Shown: positions 35,129-48,299 of the stretch, one piece after another
How the letters are laid out: the number at the start of each line of letters is the position of its first letter
Position numbering within the stretch: the stretch's first letter is position 1
Assembly (NCBI RefSeq): GCF_016432865.1
Contig: NC_067403.1
Coordinates: 38,812,001-38,876,000, forward strand
Length of the DNA stretch: 64,000 nt
Source: Antechinus flavipes
Lineage: Eukaryota
Direction: 5' to 3'
Notes under the pieces: model-generated
Seen by the model: the letters and a program-made list of their open reading frames with translations, nothing else
Told to the model about the DNA's origin: nothing
Databases searched by the model: none
Position numbers and translations under genes: made by a program

Positions 35129-36436
35129 ATGGGTAGAGAGCACTTGGCTCAAGATTAGCAAATTGACACTATGCTCAGAAAGACTCCATTCTTTTATTGG
35201 AAAGAGCTCAAAACTGAATTACCAAAGCTCATTCAGGTCCTTGAAAATTTCACGATCTCATAGGAGAAGCAGATGTCTGTGTCATCTTTAGTTGAGTCAC
35301 TGAGCTGGTGATGGGAATTAACTTTTGAACTTTAGCCTGGCTTTCCTTGGTGTTTGAAGATTAGATCGGCACCTGTTGTGCTGGAATGGACATCATAGGG
35401 AAAATGTTCAAGAAGAAAAGGAAAAAGAAAGTTTGGCCATCCCAAAGATTTCATCCCTGATCCCTGGATAATAAAAGCTAAAAGACGGCAGGGAAAGGAG
35501 CCACTGAAAGCAGTTTTGAGGCAGTTGTATGTGGATGCATTTCCCTCCCATATTAGGGAAACTGGTCAGAGAGCCTAAGGGTTACATTTGTTATACCATA
35601 AAAACAAATTATTTTTTTCTCATTTTTTATCAAAAACCCTGCAGCATTTTTTTTGGGGGGGAGGGGGAGTGTTCAGCATAAAGATCTAATTCAATGGGTT
35701 TCCAGTGCATAACTCAGCAAGTAGAGGGTCTTTCTGTCAAAGGAGAAGGAAAACAGAATCCCTGTTCAGGTTTGCCCCCACCCTCCCTCAATCTGATGAC
35801 AATGAGCATCTTCTTTAACTGTTGAGAGCAGGACTGAATTGATATGGATGGAAAATCTGGCGGTTTCAATTGATGTAGGCTGGAGGCGGGCAGGGTGGGA
35901 GAAACGGAGCTCAGGGGATTGTTGTTGTTTAGTCATTTCAATCCCGCCTGGCTATGATTCCATTTGGGGTTTTCTTGGTTGGACTCATTGGTTATTTCAT
36001 TCTCCAGATCATTTTGCAGATGAGGAAACTAGACACACAGGATTAAGTGACTTGCTTAGGATCACAGAGCTAGTAAGTATTTGAGGCTAGATTTGACCTA
36101 AGGTCTTCCTAAGAGTTGGTGCTCTGCCACCTAGCTGTCCTGGGATTAGATTGTGTTCATTGGAAGAAAACTGGTTTTTGAGGTGGGGGAGTGAGAAGTA
36201 CAGTTCTTGATCTGTCCCTGAAGGTAGAATTTTCTGATGATTCCTCTGCTGGAAAGGTCTATTGAAATTTCAGGACAGTTTCCAACTCATGATCTGTTAT
36301 CCTATATACTACTCTGAAAATTAAAGTATGACATTTATTCTTTAGTATTTTTACTACTTATTAATATAGAATTAATATACTATCTGAATATATATACTAT
36401 ATAAATACTATATATAACAATACATAAAGTATTATA

Positions 36437-36775
36437 TTTGTCCTTTTTTCTTTCTTTCCCTTCTTTTTTCTTTCTCCATCTTTCCTTCCTTCTTTCTTTC
36501 ATCCTTTCTTTTTCTCTTTCTTTATTAATTCTTCCCTTGCCATTCCTTCATCTTCCTTTCTTTCTTCATTCTTTCTTCATCCTTCCCTTTTTATCTTTTT
36601 CATCCCTCCATCTTTTCTTTCGCTGTTCATGCCTCTATCCATCATTCCTTCTTCTTCCTCTTCCTTCTTCTTTCCTTTGTTTTTCCTCCTTTTCCATTCT
36701 TCCATCTTTCCTTTTTTCTTCTTTCTCTTTATTTTCTTCAGTCCTATTTCTTCTCCTTTTCTTTTTTTTTTTTAA
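36437..36775. repeat. Polypyrimidine (CT-rich) low-complexity tract
   Basis: Almost entirely C/T on the + strand; degenerate (TTTC/TTCC)n. Confidence 0.9.
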
Positions 36776-36937
36776 TGTGACTGCCCAGGGTTGCACATTT
36801 AGTAAGTGTAACTTCAAGCAACTTCAAGGTCGCTGCTCTTCCCACAGTGCTATCTAGATGCCCCTATTCATTACCATTTTAACACAGACCCTTTATTTCT
36901 TTTTTTGAAGTTACTTCTTCTACCTCTGACACTTTCT

Positions 36938-37204
36938 NNNNNNNNNNNNNNNNNNNNNNNNNNNNNNNNNNNNNNNNNNNNNNNNNNNNNNNNNNNNNNN
37001 NNNNNNNNNNNNNNNNNNNNNNNNNNNNNNNNNNNNNNNNNNNNNNNNNNNNNNNNNNNNNNNNNNNNNNNNNNNNNNNNNNNNNNNNNNNNNNNNNNNN
37101 NNNNNNNNNNNNNNNNNNNNNNNNNNNNNNNNNNNNNNNNNNNNNNNNNNNNNNNNNNNNNNNNNNNNNNNNNNNNNNNNNNNNNNNNNNNNNNNNNNNN
37201 NNNN
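36938..37204. other. Assembly gap (267 N)
   Basis: N run. Confidence 1.
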
Positions 37205-37385
37205 ACTAGGTGGTACAAAAGGCAGAGTGTTGGTCCTGAAGTAAAAAAGACTCATATTCCTGACTTCAGTTTTTTCATCTGTAAAATGAGCCGAAGAAGG
37301 AAATGGCAAACCACTCACTCCAGTATCTTTGTTGAAAATCCCAAATGGGGTCAAGAAGAATCATACGTGACTGAAATGTCTTAAC
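37205..37385 (+). mobile_element. Mar1-type SINE
   Basis: Head ctaggtggtac..., tail gaaggaaatggcaaaccactc...ccaaatggggtca. Confidence 0.7.
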
Positions 37386-37439
37386 ATCTATCTTTTATCT
37401 TTCTTGCCTATTTTCCTAACTGCCTTGTCCTGTTCACCT

Positions 37440-37690
37440 GTCATCCATATCTTTATCTATCTATCTATCCATCCATCCATTCATACATCCATTGTCTATC
37501 TACCCTGTCTGTCTGTCTATGTATGTGTGTATCTATCTATCCATTCATCCATCTTGTCTATCTGTCTTCTATCTATCTATCTATCTATCCATCTATTCAT
37601 TCATCCATATTGTCTGTGTCTATCTGTGTGTCTGTCTAGCTATCTATTTAATTATCTATCTATCCATCCATCCTTCCATCCATCCATCCA
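37440..37690. repeat. Compound (TCTA)/(CCAT)/(TCTG) tetranucleotide repeat
   Basis: Read directly. Confidence 0.9.
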
Positions 37691-38244
37691 CTTGCCTATC
37701 CAGAGAAGTCAAGAGCAGGCCCCTCAGTTATTTCCCTCCAAAGGAAGGAACAGAAGTGCTATTCAATGTTTGTGTGCATGAAAGAACCTGGTTCTTCCAG
37801 CATCTCTCCCTTCCCCCCAGCCTAAGGATCGGGGGACTGTTTGTGTGAATGAAAGCTCTGTGGACATCTGTTTGATGCTGTGCAAAAGAAGCAGTTGAGG
37901 AGCAGCCCCCACTACTAGTTCTGTCCTTCTGTCCTTGCTGAGCAGATTGCCCGGAATCTTAAAGAAGCCATTTTAATGAGAAAGAGAAGGCAAAAAAATT
38001 AGGGAGAAAGATGGGAGAGAGGGAAAGGAAGGTGGAGCAAAAAGCAGGGGACTTCTGTAGGGATAAAAAACAATGACCAGAATTGTGTGTAACATGATTC
38101 CATCGAAATTCTTTCAAAAGTTTATAAATTATATTGATTGAAATGATTTTTTTCCTTCCAACAACTGGTTATTTTTCCATAGAGGGAAGCAACAGGAAAG
38201 TCTTTGGAAATTTTCTTCTTTGGAAAATGTAGGATTTTATACAA

Positions 38245-38480
38245 GGGTGAAGCTAAATGGTTCAGTGGTTAGAATACTGGGTCTGGAGTCCTGAAGGCCT
38301 CAGATATAATCTGGCTTCAGACACTTACTAGTTATGTGACTCTCTACAAGTAACTTAGTCTCTTTTTACCTTAATTCACTGGAGAAGGAAAAGGCAAACT
38401 GTTCCAGTAATCTTGCCAAGAAAACCCCATGGACAGTGTAGTCTATGGAATCAAAAAGAGCTGGACATGACTGATCAAGA
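38245..38480 (+). mobile_element. Mar1-type SINE
   Basis: gggtgaagctaaatggttcagtgg...ggagaaggaaaaggcaaac...gccaagaaaaccccatggac. Confidence 0.75.
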
Positions 38481-39349
38481 GAACAAGGATTTTGTAAGAA
38501 TGGGTAGGCATTCGTAGCTGAGATATGTTGAGGGAGAAAGTAGATGGTTCAGATTTCCCTCTCACTATCTCTGACCTGAAAATAGAAAGGGAAAATGAAA
38601 AAGACCCTGGCATCTGAGTATCAAGGGGCATTTGAGACTTGGTAAAGTTACTTCATGATCTATCTTCATTCTAAAAAAACATTAAACAAAATGCTTGCTA
38701 TGTTCAGAGAAGGCACTGTACCTGATCTTTCAAAGAAAAGGCAATAATTAACTGAATTCTTGATAATTCTTATGCTAGACTAAGTCTTAAAACCTTGAGT
38801 GCTTCCTGCAAACCCATTAAAATGAAAAAAAGGGAAAATCCAATCATTAATATAGGTATTTCCAAATAAAGCCAACAAAGGTAGCACTGGCAATATTTTT
38901 TCTGGTCGTGAATGCTTGTCTGAGTCTGAGAATCATAGTTCAGAATTTGTGGTTGAAAGCTCCATGACCTTTGTCTACTCCTATTGATATATGGTATGTA
39001 TATATAGCAGGAGACCAACACCAAACTGGTATTCCTACAAAGAAAAGACTCTTCTTAGAAAAATGAAGAAGTACCATGTGAAAGACAGCTGGCCCCAGCA
39101 ATCCCCCCAATCACTCAAAGGAATGATTTAGTAACATTCAGCCACAGGGAGTCTGGCTACATTGCCGAATGGAGGAAACTTTCATTTCCTATTTCCAATC
39201 TTTCATATACTTCAATTCCAAGGTTTTTAGACACACTTTAGTAAAAGAATTAGCAAGAATTCAAAGTTGAAGCTCAATTTTTTTTCCTTGAAGATCAAGG
39301 ATAGTGCCCACATTAAACACTTGTTAAATACTTGCTGAATGAATGCTAA

Positions 39350-40119
39350 TATATTTTTAAACAGTATTTTTGCTAATTACACATAAAGACAATTTTAAGA
39401 CCCATTTCTTCATTTTTAATTTATGAATTAAAGCAACCGTTTCCATAACATAGTACAATAAAATGATTGTATATGAAACTTCAAATCTACTGTGCACAAC
39501 TTGCTATTCCTTTCAAATATACCACAAAATTATCATGCATTTTTTCCTTCCCTCCCCTCCACATGAACATTCATTTAAAAAAATTTAGAATTCCAAAATT
39601 TTCTCTCTCTTCTCTTCACTCCCTAAAACACTCAACGATTTGATATAGGTTATATATGTGTAATCATGTAAAACATTTCCATGTGAGTCATGTTGTGAAT
39701 AAGGAAACAGACCAGAAAACTCACAAAAAAAAAGTTTCAATCTGCATTCGTATCCATCAGTTCTTTCTCCGGAGCTGGAGAGCATTTTCTATCATGAGTC
39801 TTTTGGAATTGTCTTGGCTCATTGTATTGCTGAAAATAGCTAAGTTATTCATAGTTGATCATCATATAATGGTGCTGTCAGTGTGTGCAATGTTCTGGTC
39901 CTGCTTATTTTACTTTGGATCAACTCATGTAAGTCTTTCCAGTTTTTCTAAAATCTACCTGCTTGTCATTTCTTATAGAACAATAGTATTCCATCTTGTC
40001 TTGTTCAGCCATTCCCCAATTGATGGGCAGCCCCTCAACTTCAAAATTTTTGCCACCACTAAAAGTATTGCTATCAATAATATTGCACCAGTCGGTGCTT
40101 TTTCCTTTTTTTATGATGT
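39350..40119 (-). mobile_element. L1 3' region (downstream part)
   Basis: ORF 39920-40159 translates L1-end-like LPINWGMAEQDKMEYYCSIRNDKQVDFRKTGK. Confidence 0.8.
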
Positions 40120-41336
40120 CATTTATTGTCTCTTTCAGGAAACTCTTGTTTTCAGTCATTTCTAATTCTTCATGATCCCATATATTATCTCTTTTGATAC
40201 TTACAATGGCTCTGTAAGGTAAATGCTAAAATCTTAATTTTGCTTAGGATAACAATTGATATTTTACAGAAAACTGAGGCTCAGAGAAAAGATTTGGCCA
40301 AAGTTGCTTGATTTATGTATGAGATGGGACATGAACCCAGGGCTTCTTGATTCCCTCTCTCCAGTAAGCTCTTTGTTGAATGGTGATTCTAAAAGGGGGC
40401 CAGATTTTTCTTTTACATATGAATAAATGCACTATTCCCCAGCAGTGACTTGCACTAATTTAAACAAGGTGTTCTATTTTAAAGCCTAGGCTATTGCTTC
40501 TATCTTCATCTAATTCAATAGACCTTCATTAAGCATTTACTATGTGTTTGGCCCGGTGGCAGGTCCTGGAAAACCAAAGATTAAAAAAAAAGTTCCTACC
40601 CTCAAGGAGTTTAAATTCTAGGTGGGGAGAGGAGGAGTGAAACAGCAGACACATAGATAAGTAAATGTAAAGTGAATACAAAATGAAGAGGCAAATGGCT
40701 AACACAGAAGAAGCCCGGGAGTTGTACTTTGAAAGCAACTAGGGATTCTACGGAGGAGAGGTGAGGAGAGTGAACATCCTAGATATGAGGAATGGTCTGT
40801 ACAAAGATACAGAGGAAGGGAATGTCAGATAAAGGGAACAGCAAGGAGGGCAGTTTGGTAGCCGTATAGAATTTAAAAGTTAAAGAAATGTGAAATGAAT
40901 TGAAAAAGATATGTTGGAACTAGAGTAGAAAGGATTTTAAAGACTCTAGGACATACAGGCTGGTTCTGAATTGAGAACAAATGGAGAAAAGGGAAAAAAT
41001 CCAGGTATGCTTGCAAGCTTTTTTGTTGTTTTTTGTTTGTTTGTTTTTTACCCTGGCTAGGTGGGGTGATGCATCTAAATGAGTGTTTCTCTTAGAATCA
41101 ATAGGCTTGAATTTGAGTTCAGACTCTTGGAGTAGTTGTGAGACTAATTACATACATTATTAAACTTCTCTCTGAGCCTCAGTTTTCTGTAAAATGTCAA
41201 TTGTTAACATTAGCAAAATTAAGACATTAGCATTTACCTTACAGAGTCATTGTAAGTATCAAAAGTAATAATACATGGGATCATGAAGAATTGGAAATGA
41301 CTGAAAACAAGAGTTTCCTGAAAGAGGCAATAAATG
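40120..41336. repeat. 168-bp inverted repeat pair (40120-40287 / 41169-41336)
   Basis: Hand alignment: ungapped, 12 mismatches in 168 bp (93%); 881-bp spacer. Confidence 0.9.
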
Positions 41337-41344
41337 CCGTTAAT

Positions 41345-41520
41345 ATATCAGCATAAACATTGTTGGTGGAGTTGTAAACTGATCCAACCATTCTGGGGAG
41401 CAATTTGGAACTCTGTCCAAAAGATTTTGACAGTGCAAACCCTTTGATCCAGCAATACTCCTAGTAGGTCTGTATCCCAAAGACATATAAAAAGGAAAAA
41501 AGACCAATGCGTACAATATT
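41345..41520 (+). mobile_element. L1 ORF2 C-terminal fragment (upstream part)
   Basis: cattgttggtggagttgtaaactgatccaaccattctgg...ccctttgatccagcaatactcctagtaggtctgtatcccaaag. Confidence 0.85.
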
Positions 41521-42779
41521 TATTTTCCATTTTTCTAAGTTGAGAACTATTTATACCATGTAATACCACCCAGATAATATCAGCCTTTAAAAAACGAGTA
41601 GACGTGTATTATTCAAACTATAACAGTTGTGCAAATATGACCTGACCCAACATCTTCTCTTTTCAACTCTGAACTCTATGCATTATTTGTCTTTAATGTC
41701 TGTCCAACAAAGAACTACTAGCCCTTACCAACTTTCCTCCAAACACACAAGGCATTGTCTTCTGATTTACTGATAACAACCTAAGAACCTATAATTCTTG
41801 GCCTTTCCTTTAGCCCTGCTGTGGAGCCCTTAGAACTTCAGGGGCCTTTCTATTGGTCCTATAAATGGATTTTCTTTTATGTTGTCTCTCCGAATTAGAG
41901 TGTGAGCTTTTAGAGACCAGTTACTATCTCATATTTTCTTTTTTTTTCTTTTTGGATTTTCTTCTCCTTCCTCCCACCCTCTCCCCTAGATGTTAAAATA
42001 TATGATAGATCCAATATGCATAAACATATTTATGCAATTCTTTTGCTGTATAAGAAAAATCAGATCAAAAAAAGAAAGTAAATGTATCTCTTTTTAAATA
42101 ATATATGGTATATAGTAAGCTTTTAATAAATACTTTTTCATTCAATTCAACAGAGATTGCATACTATGTGGGAGACAACGTGTGGTATTGAGGATACAAA
42201 TATATTCCTCTTGAATATAATAGGGGGATGTAACAAGCACTAAAAACAAAATTGGCCAGATCTTAATAGGAAATGATTAGTGTACAGCGTGGCAGCCATT
42301 TTGGAATCAATTGTATCCATACAGCTAAATTTTTAGTGAGCAGACAATTGAGCAGAATCTTTTATTTACTCCTTGTTTTAGTTAACTATGGGTCTATTGA
42401 GGTATGTAGGCTGCTAAAAGATAATCTGCATAAGCTTAATTGTTTCCTTTGCACATTCACTTTAAAGATACCCTTAAAGTATTCATTATCCAGTAAAAGG
42501 AATATGACATGTGCACACATAAATCTAATCTGAACTAAGAAGTGATGGAGGCAAAGGAAAGATCTGGACAAAGTGTCTGAGGAATATTTGAGGAGAGAGA
42601 AATACTTTCAAAATAGACTTTTCTCATGAAGAGTTTATAGAGATGAGAAAGTAGGCAGATGGCTGGTAATTGCTGATGTTATCTTAGTTGCATTTTTTGG
42701 GAAGAGTGCCACCTCTGATCTTTTCCTATTCTTTAAAAAAATATCTTCTTTTCTTTATGATATTTTGAAAATTGATTCC

Positions 42780-43630
42780 TAAGAGGCTTAGTGGCTTCTT
42801 ACATGTATTTCTTTTGTATGTTGTATTGATGATTTTTGGTTTCTTACATCACTATCACTTTCCAATAACTTTCCTCCCTATCCCTATCTCACTTCCACCG
42901 AACCTTTGATTTTAGCAAAGACATATAACTAAATAGAACAAACCACCTTATTGACCATGTCTGACAATATTTGTTCCACATCACAGCCATAGTCTATCAT
43001 CTCTTTGCACAGAAGAAGGATGTATATTTCACCTTCACTTCTTTAAAGTCAAGATTGACTACTACATTGATAGAACATTGGTTTTTGTTCATGGTTGTTT
43101 TACTTAGATTATTGTTGAATTTTTCTCCTAGGTCTCCATACTTCTCTTTGCATTGGATCATACAGCCTTCCCAAGTTACTCTGAACTCTTCATATTTGTA
43201 ATTTTTTTTACAGCACAATAATATTACTTTATATTAATATACCATAATTTGTTTAGCCATTTCCCAATTTATGGATACCCATTTTGCTTCCAGCTATTTG
43301 CTATTTTTAAAAAATACTGCTATACATATTTTTGTATAGATGGGACCTTTCTTTCTGTCTTTGATTTCTTTGGGCAAATTCTTAGTAAGGGGATTGCTAG
43401 ATAAAGATATAGCTTAATGACTTTTCTAATAAAATTAATTTTTTTCCCAGGATGGTTGGAATAATTCATGGTTTCAGAAACAAAATGTGTTCATCTTTCT
43501 ATAAACCGCCTCCATCATTTACCATTTTCATCTCTTGTCATTTTTGCCAATTGTTGTTGTTGAATTCAGGGTGTTTTTGACTTGCATTTGGCAGCCCCCC
43601 CCAATTACACTAATATTAGTGATTTGGAAT
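42780..43630 (-). mobile_element. Older L1 3' region
   Basis: ataatttgtttagccatttcccaat...tttgcttccagctatttgcta...catttttgccaat motifs, antisense. Confidence 0.65.
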
Positions 43631-44519
43631 ATTTCATTCATATAGTGTTGATAGTTTTCATTTCTTATTCCCAGTTTTATAGTGCTATTGCTGTGTTCTC
43701 GCCTAGATGGCTTCATCTAGAACCAAATTGGTTGATTCCAAGTTCCATGGTTCTAAAACTGTTGTTGGTGAGAACAAATCACTAAGGAATAGCCACATAG
43801 CTATTCTTTTTCACATATTCCTAGTTTTATTTGCTTCTGCTTTTGCAGTGCCTTTCTTTAGCTGGGTGTTATGGTGAGTTCTCCACCAGATTGTTCTCTC
43901 CTAAATTCCTTATTTTTTGCTGCTTTGTGAGGCAATATGATTTGAAAGCATTCATCATTTTGCTCTGCTCTTAAATGAGCTTTCACTTTAAACTGGTGTT
44001 TCTCATGGCCACCATATTTCTTTTCTCTTCTAAGTGCATAGAGTGCTAGGCATGGAGTTAGGAATCCTGCCTCACTTATGAGCTATGCTGCCTGCCTCAG
44101 TTTCCTCAGCTGTAAAATGGAGATCATAAATGCTATCTACCTCCCAGAATTGTTGTGAGTATCAAATAAGATAATATTTGTAAAAGCACTTTTCACATGT
44201 AGGGCATTTAAAAATTCTTGTTTCTTTCTTTTCTTCCTTAGGAGGAAGATCCTGTTTATTCACTAAGGCAGTTTCTGGACTCTTTGTTTCTCCTTTTTGT
44301 AGCAACTGTTCATATTATTTAAACTTTCCTAGTAATAGTGAAAGAGCCAATGTGTTTACTTTTCTATTTCCAGAACTGACAACTTATTTAAACATATCAT
44401 TATGGGACTCTGTTGCAATTGTATCCATTGTCTTCTCATTTTTATTCTTTCTGCTTATTTGGCATTGATCTTCAACTTTTTGATGATTTAGATGCTCACT
44501 GATGGCCAGCTCTGAAGTG

Positions 44520-44750
44520 ATTCTCACATTGGTAAATCATTTCTTGTTAAAATGTGACCAATTTTATTTTTCACGATGATCTTGGGTCTAGCTTCTTCTC
44601 TTTTCTGGAAGAAATTATGGGCATATATGGGCATAAAATTTTTGACATAATCTACACACTTTTGGCTTCTTTCATATTTTGACCTCAAACTGTATTTATT
44701 TTTTCCTGCACCCATCCTTGCATTGAAATCATAACACATTAAGCATTTTA
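44520..44750 (-). mobile_element. RTE-clade LINE endonuclease remnant
   Basis: ORF 44524-44739 has DFNARMG...HNFFQKR...KNKIGHIL, degenerate GDFNAK / NTFF.K / IDYIL motifs of the RTE APE domain. Confidence 0.65.
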
Positions 44751-45361
44751 TTGATAGAGTTTATTATTATAGTCCCCAAAACAGACTGTATTTGCTATCT
44801 AAAGAGAAGTCTTAAGTATCCAGAGGCTCACCACTGGAAATTTGTACGCTAGTTAAAAATTTGGGGCAAAAGGAACCAATGAAACTGATTCCTCAAGACT
44901 CAAACAAACAAGCTCAAGTAACCTATACTCCTCTGTGGACTATCTCTAATCACTTCTATAATGTTCGTAGTAGGCTAGCAGAGAAAAAGACAGAGAATAC
45001 TAAGAATCACTGGTGGGGACACTCCCTTCAGTGGTACAGATCGCATCCATACCTTTTTATCCATTGTGATTCATTTATATCTTCCCATATATCTTCCATG
45101 AATGACAAATAAGACATGTTGAGGGCTTCTTTTAGAACTTTTGACATTGTGGAGGAAGTTATGGAATATATGAACTCTGTTATCTCTCACTTTCACTATA
45201 TGAACTGCTTACTGATAATAAATGTTTATTTACCTTAATTTTGAATTGTTGTCTAGTGCTCAATTTTAAGGTTAGCAAAACACTTTTTTTAAACTTAAGA
45301 AGGGGATATAGTATTGGAAGAATCAAACTGCACCTGTATTGACATTCTTGATATAAATGTT

Positions 45362-45525
45362 GCTGTTTTGTTGTTTGTACTTCATTCTCCAAGAAGACCA
45401 TGACTTGGGAGTGAATTTGATTTAAGTCAGGCAGGGATGTACAAACTCACTCTCTCCTCCCGAGCCATCTGGGTCCAGTGGCAAGATATAGATCAAGATG
45501 GCTGGAGATGGCCCTGGATGCAGCG
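45362..45525. mobile_element. RTE-related SINE (opposite orientation to 9312 and 34340)
   Basis: gagccatctgggtccagtggcaagatatagatcaagatggctggagatggccc. Confidence 0.65.
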
Positions 45526-46554
45526 AAAGAACTCAGTCTTTGTTTATTTGCTATTTGACATCTCTTATAGAGAATGAAGAAAGAAAAAAAAATTATAAAT
45601 AACTTGATCAAAGCCTAAAGACCAAATAAACTTACTAGTTTACTAGTTCTTACAAGTAAGAAACTGAGTACATATATTAACTTTTGTTATTATAGAGGGC
45701 TGCTGCTTTAATCAACTCTGTGAAAGTCCAAACTGACATGACATTTTGATGCTTTTATATTTGATGGTGCCATTATCTCACTGATATGGGTATTGCCTCA
45801 TCAGTGGGACGAGTGTAGATTGTAATTCATCTCTACCTTTTCATCTCAGGAGATTCTCACTCATACCTCCCATAAATCTGTTGCGGATGTTCCACCTAAT
45901 GGGTTGGGGGCCTCTTCTAAGTCTGTTGGTATTACGGGAAAAACAACTGGGTATTATTATCCCTCCTCTAGTACTCATGATCACTGTATCTTTTCTGCTC
46001 ATAGATTTCTTTTTTAGTAGCTCTTATGCTACTTTACATCCATAGCTCTTTGTCCATAATATGCTGTCACCTACTTACATTCAACATGTTCTTCTCCATT
46101 GTCCTTTGAGTGACTAGCAATTTTATAATCTTCTGAGATTGGGGTGTTACATGTTGATAGCTAAGTTGCTCAGTGGATAGAAACAGCTGAACCTGAAACC
46201 GGGAAGATGAGTTCAGAACTGGCTCCAACCATCACTAGCTATGTGACCGTGGGTAAAACACTTGAATTTTGTCTGCCTCAGTTTCTTCATTTGTGAAATG
46301 GGCATAATAATGGTTAGTAATTAGCTTCTATTGATTGTAATAGTCAAGAACTTAACTCTTCCTGTTATGAGGAGGAAATGAGATAATCTGCAAACTTTCA
46401 AAGCATTGTAAATGCTGGATAGTATTTGTAGCTAAGAAATTAATTGGGAGGAAATCAGATACTTTATAAAAAAGATACTGTTTTATGAAAAACTTCACAA
46501 TAAGATTCTCTCCAGTTTTAAATATGATCATATTGTTTAAGAAATAGATTTGCA

Positions 46555-46689
46555 GGGGCAGCTAGGTGGTGTAGTGGATAAAGCACCAGCCTTGAAATCA
46601 GGAGGACCTGAGTTCAAATCTCAAACACTTAATACTTCCTAGCGGTATAACCCCAAGTCACTTGACCCCAATTGCCTCAGGGGAAAAAA
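46555..46689 (+). mobile_element. Young WSINE1-type SINE with perfect 16-bp TSD
   Basis: TSD aagaaatagatttgca at 46539-46554 and 46690-46705; TT|AAGAA target of the L1-endonuclease type. Confidence 0.93.
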
Positions 46690-48299
46690 AAGAAATAGAT
46701 TTGCATGCAACTTTTGAGGGAAATATGCCTCTTGCATACAGTGTGACCCTGCATAAAATAATGTCCATAAGGAATAGAAAACTTTTGGGGATCCAACTAA
46801 CTCTATAAATTATTTTAAAGAAAATGAATAGTGCAAAGCTTTTCTTGTGTTTCCAGAGTGAAGATGCTTGGAATGGTACACAAAGTTTTTCTTCTTTTAG
46901 CATCTTGTAGAAAACCAGTGTCATAACTGCTACTAAATTAACCCTAGAAGAGTCGAATGCATATTCTCCTTTGCAAAAAAATGAAGAAACTGTAAAATGA
47001 TGTTTCTTGTCTTTCCAGAAGAGAATGAAATCTTTTTTTATGTCTCTATGGGGAAAAAAAAGAGTTGTGGGGGGTGGGAAGGGAGAGGGCCAATTGGAGC
47101 ACTAGAAAATGTAGTCAGCTAGATTAAGGTTCTTTCTAACTCCAAATTTAAGAGACATGTTAAAAAGTGGCAAGAGAAAGATTTACAGGAAAATCTAAGA
47201 AAAAGTAGCAAGAGCTCTTAATCTAAGTAATTTATTGTAAAACTCAATTTGCCTTTTTTTTAAAAAATAGATTTTATCGACATTTTTAAAAAACCCACAT
47301 AGTTTTTTCCAGTATCCCATACCTTTCCCTTTCTAGGAAGCATTCCCATATAACAAATAGTATTTTCAATTTACTTTTCCTAAGCCTTCAGGTCAGGAAC
47401 AACTTCCCCTCAATCTAAAACTAAATTACACCAGGTTTGTGATTTAGATTAAAAGTACTGAATCCAACATTAGAAAATAAACTAAAACATGTTTTCTTTT
47501 AATGTCCAATTACTTTTAAGTTTTTTTTTTTGGTTTTAGTTTTTGCTATTATTAACAATAAAGCTTCTTCACAGTTTAGGCATTTCTCTATTGTCTTCAT
47601 ACTTTAATTGTAGCATTTGTGTAAATGTTTGCATTTGTATTCATAACATAGCCTGTGTAACTGTGATTAGCCTTTAGTTATATTTTTTATGTATGCTGTC
47701 TGCATGGTTCTCCATGGCCCCCGAAGGCCTGTCAGCATTGGACATGTTTATAGAAAATTTACTAAGTAATGTTTTTCAAGATGAAGATAAAGTTATTTAT
47801 TTAAAGAATGTTGTGGGGATTTGAGTAATCATCATCAAGGACTAGCTACCTTTCCAAGAGAATTCCCCATAGCTCTTCTGCTGCTTGGTGTCTGAATTTG
47901 TTTTTGGTCAACCTTAGTTGTTAGGATCATCACGAATTATGAAATGAGAATACAAAGCAGAATTTTTACAGTTTCAATGTTTCCATTATTGTCCTGGATC
48001 TTGGAAGTCATTTTTCCCCCTACTTCTCTCTGTTCCACCTTCCCACCCCTGCCATTTGGCAACAAAGGAAACTGAGGTTCAGGGATGTTCAATGACTTGC
48101 CCAGAGATAGTAAATAATTCAACAAAGTTCCAATGCTTTGATATAACATAATTTATTCAGTCATTCTCTAGTCATTGGATATATGGGTTGCTTACAATGT
48201 TTCCTAGAGCTATAAATAAAATTATGGAGAATATTTTTGTATAGATCTTTTTTCTTTTTCCAAACTCTTTTAGGATATAAATTCTTAAAGTTGGATTTT

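Noticed and set aside
23145-37384. ORFs spanning N runs (23145, 23191, 34556, 34640, 36871, 36905, 36920)
   Set aside because: Open only because of the N gaps.
36438-37848. Long ORFs 36438-36857, 37404-37781 and 37492-37848
   Set aside because: They are translations of CT-rich and (TCTA/CCAT)n simple repeats.
39656-40165. 169-aa plus-strand ORF
   Set aside because: Antisense reading of an L1 3' region; no independent coding signal.
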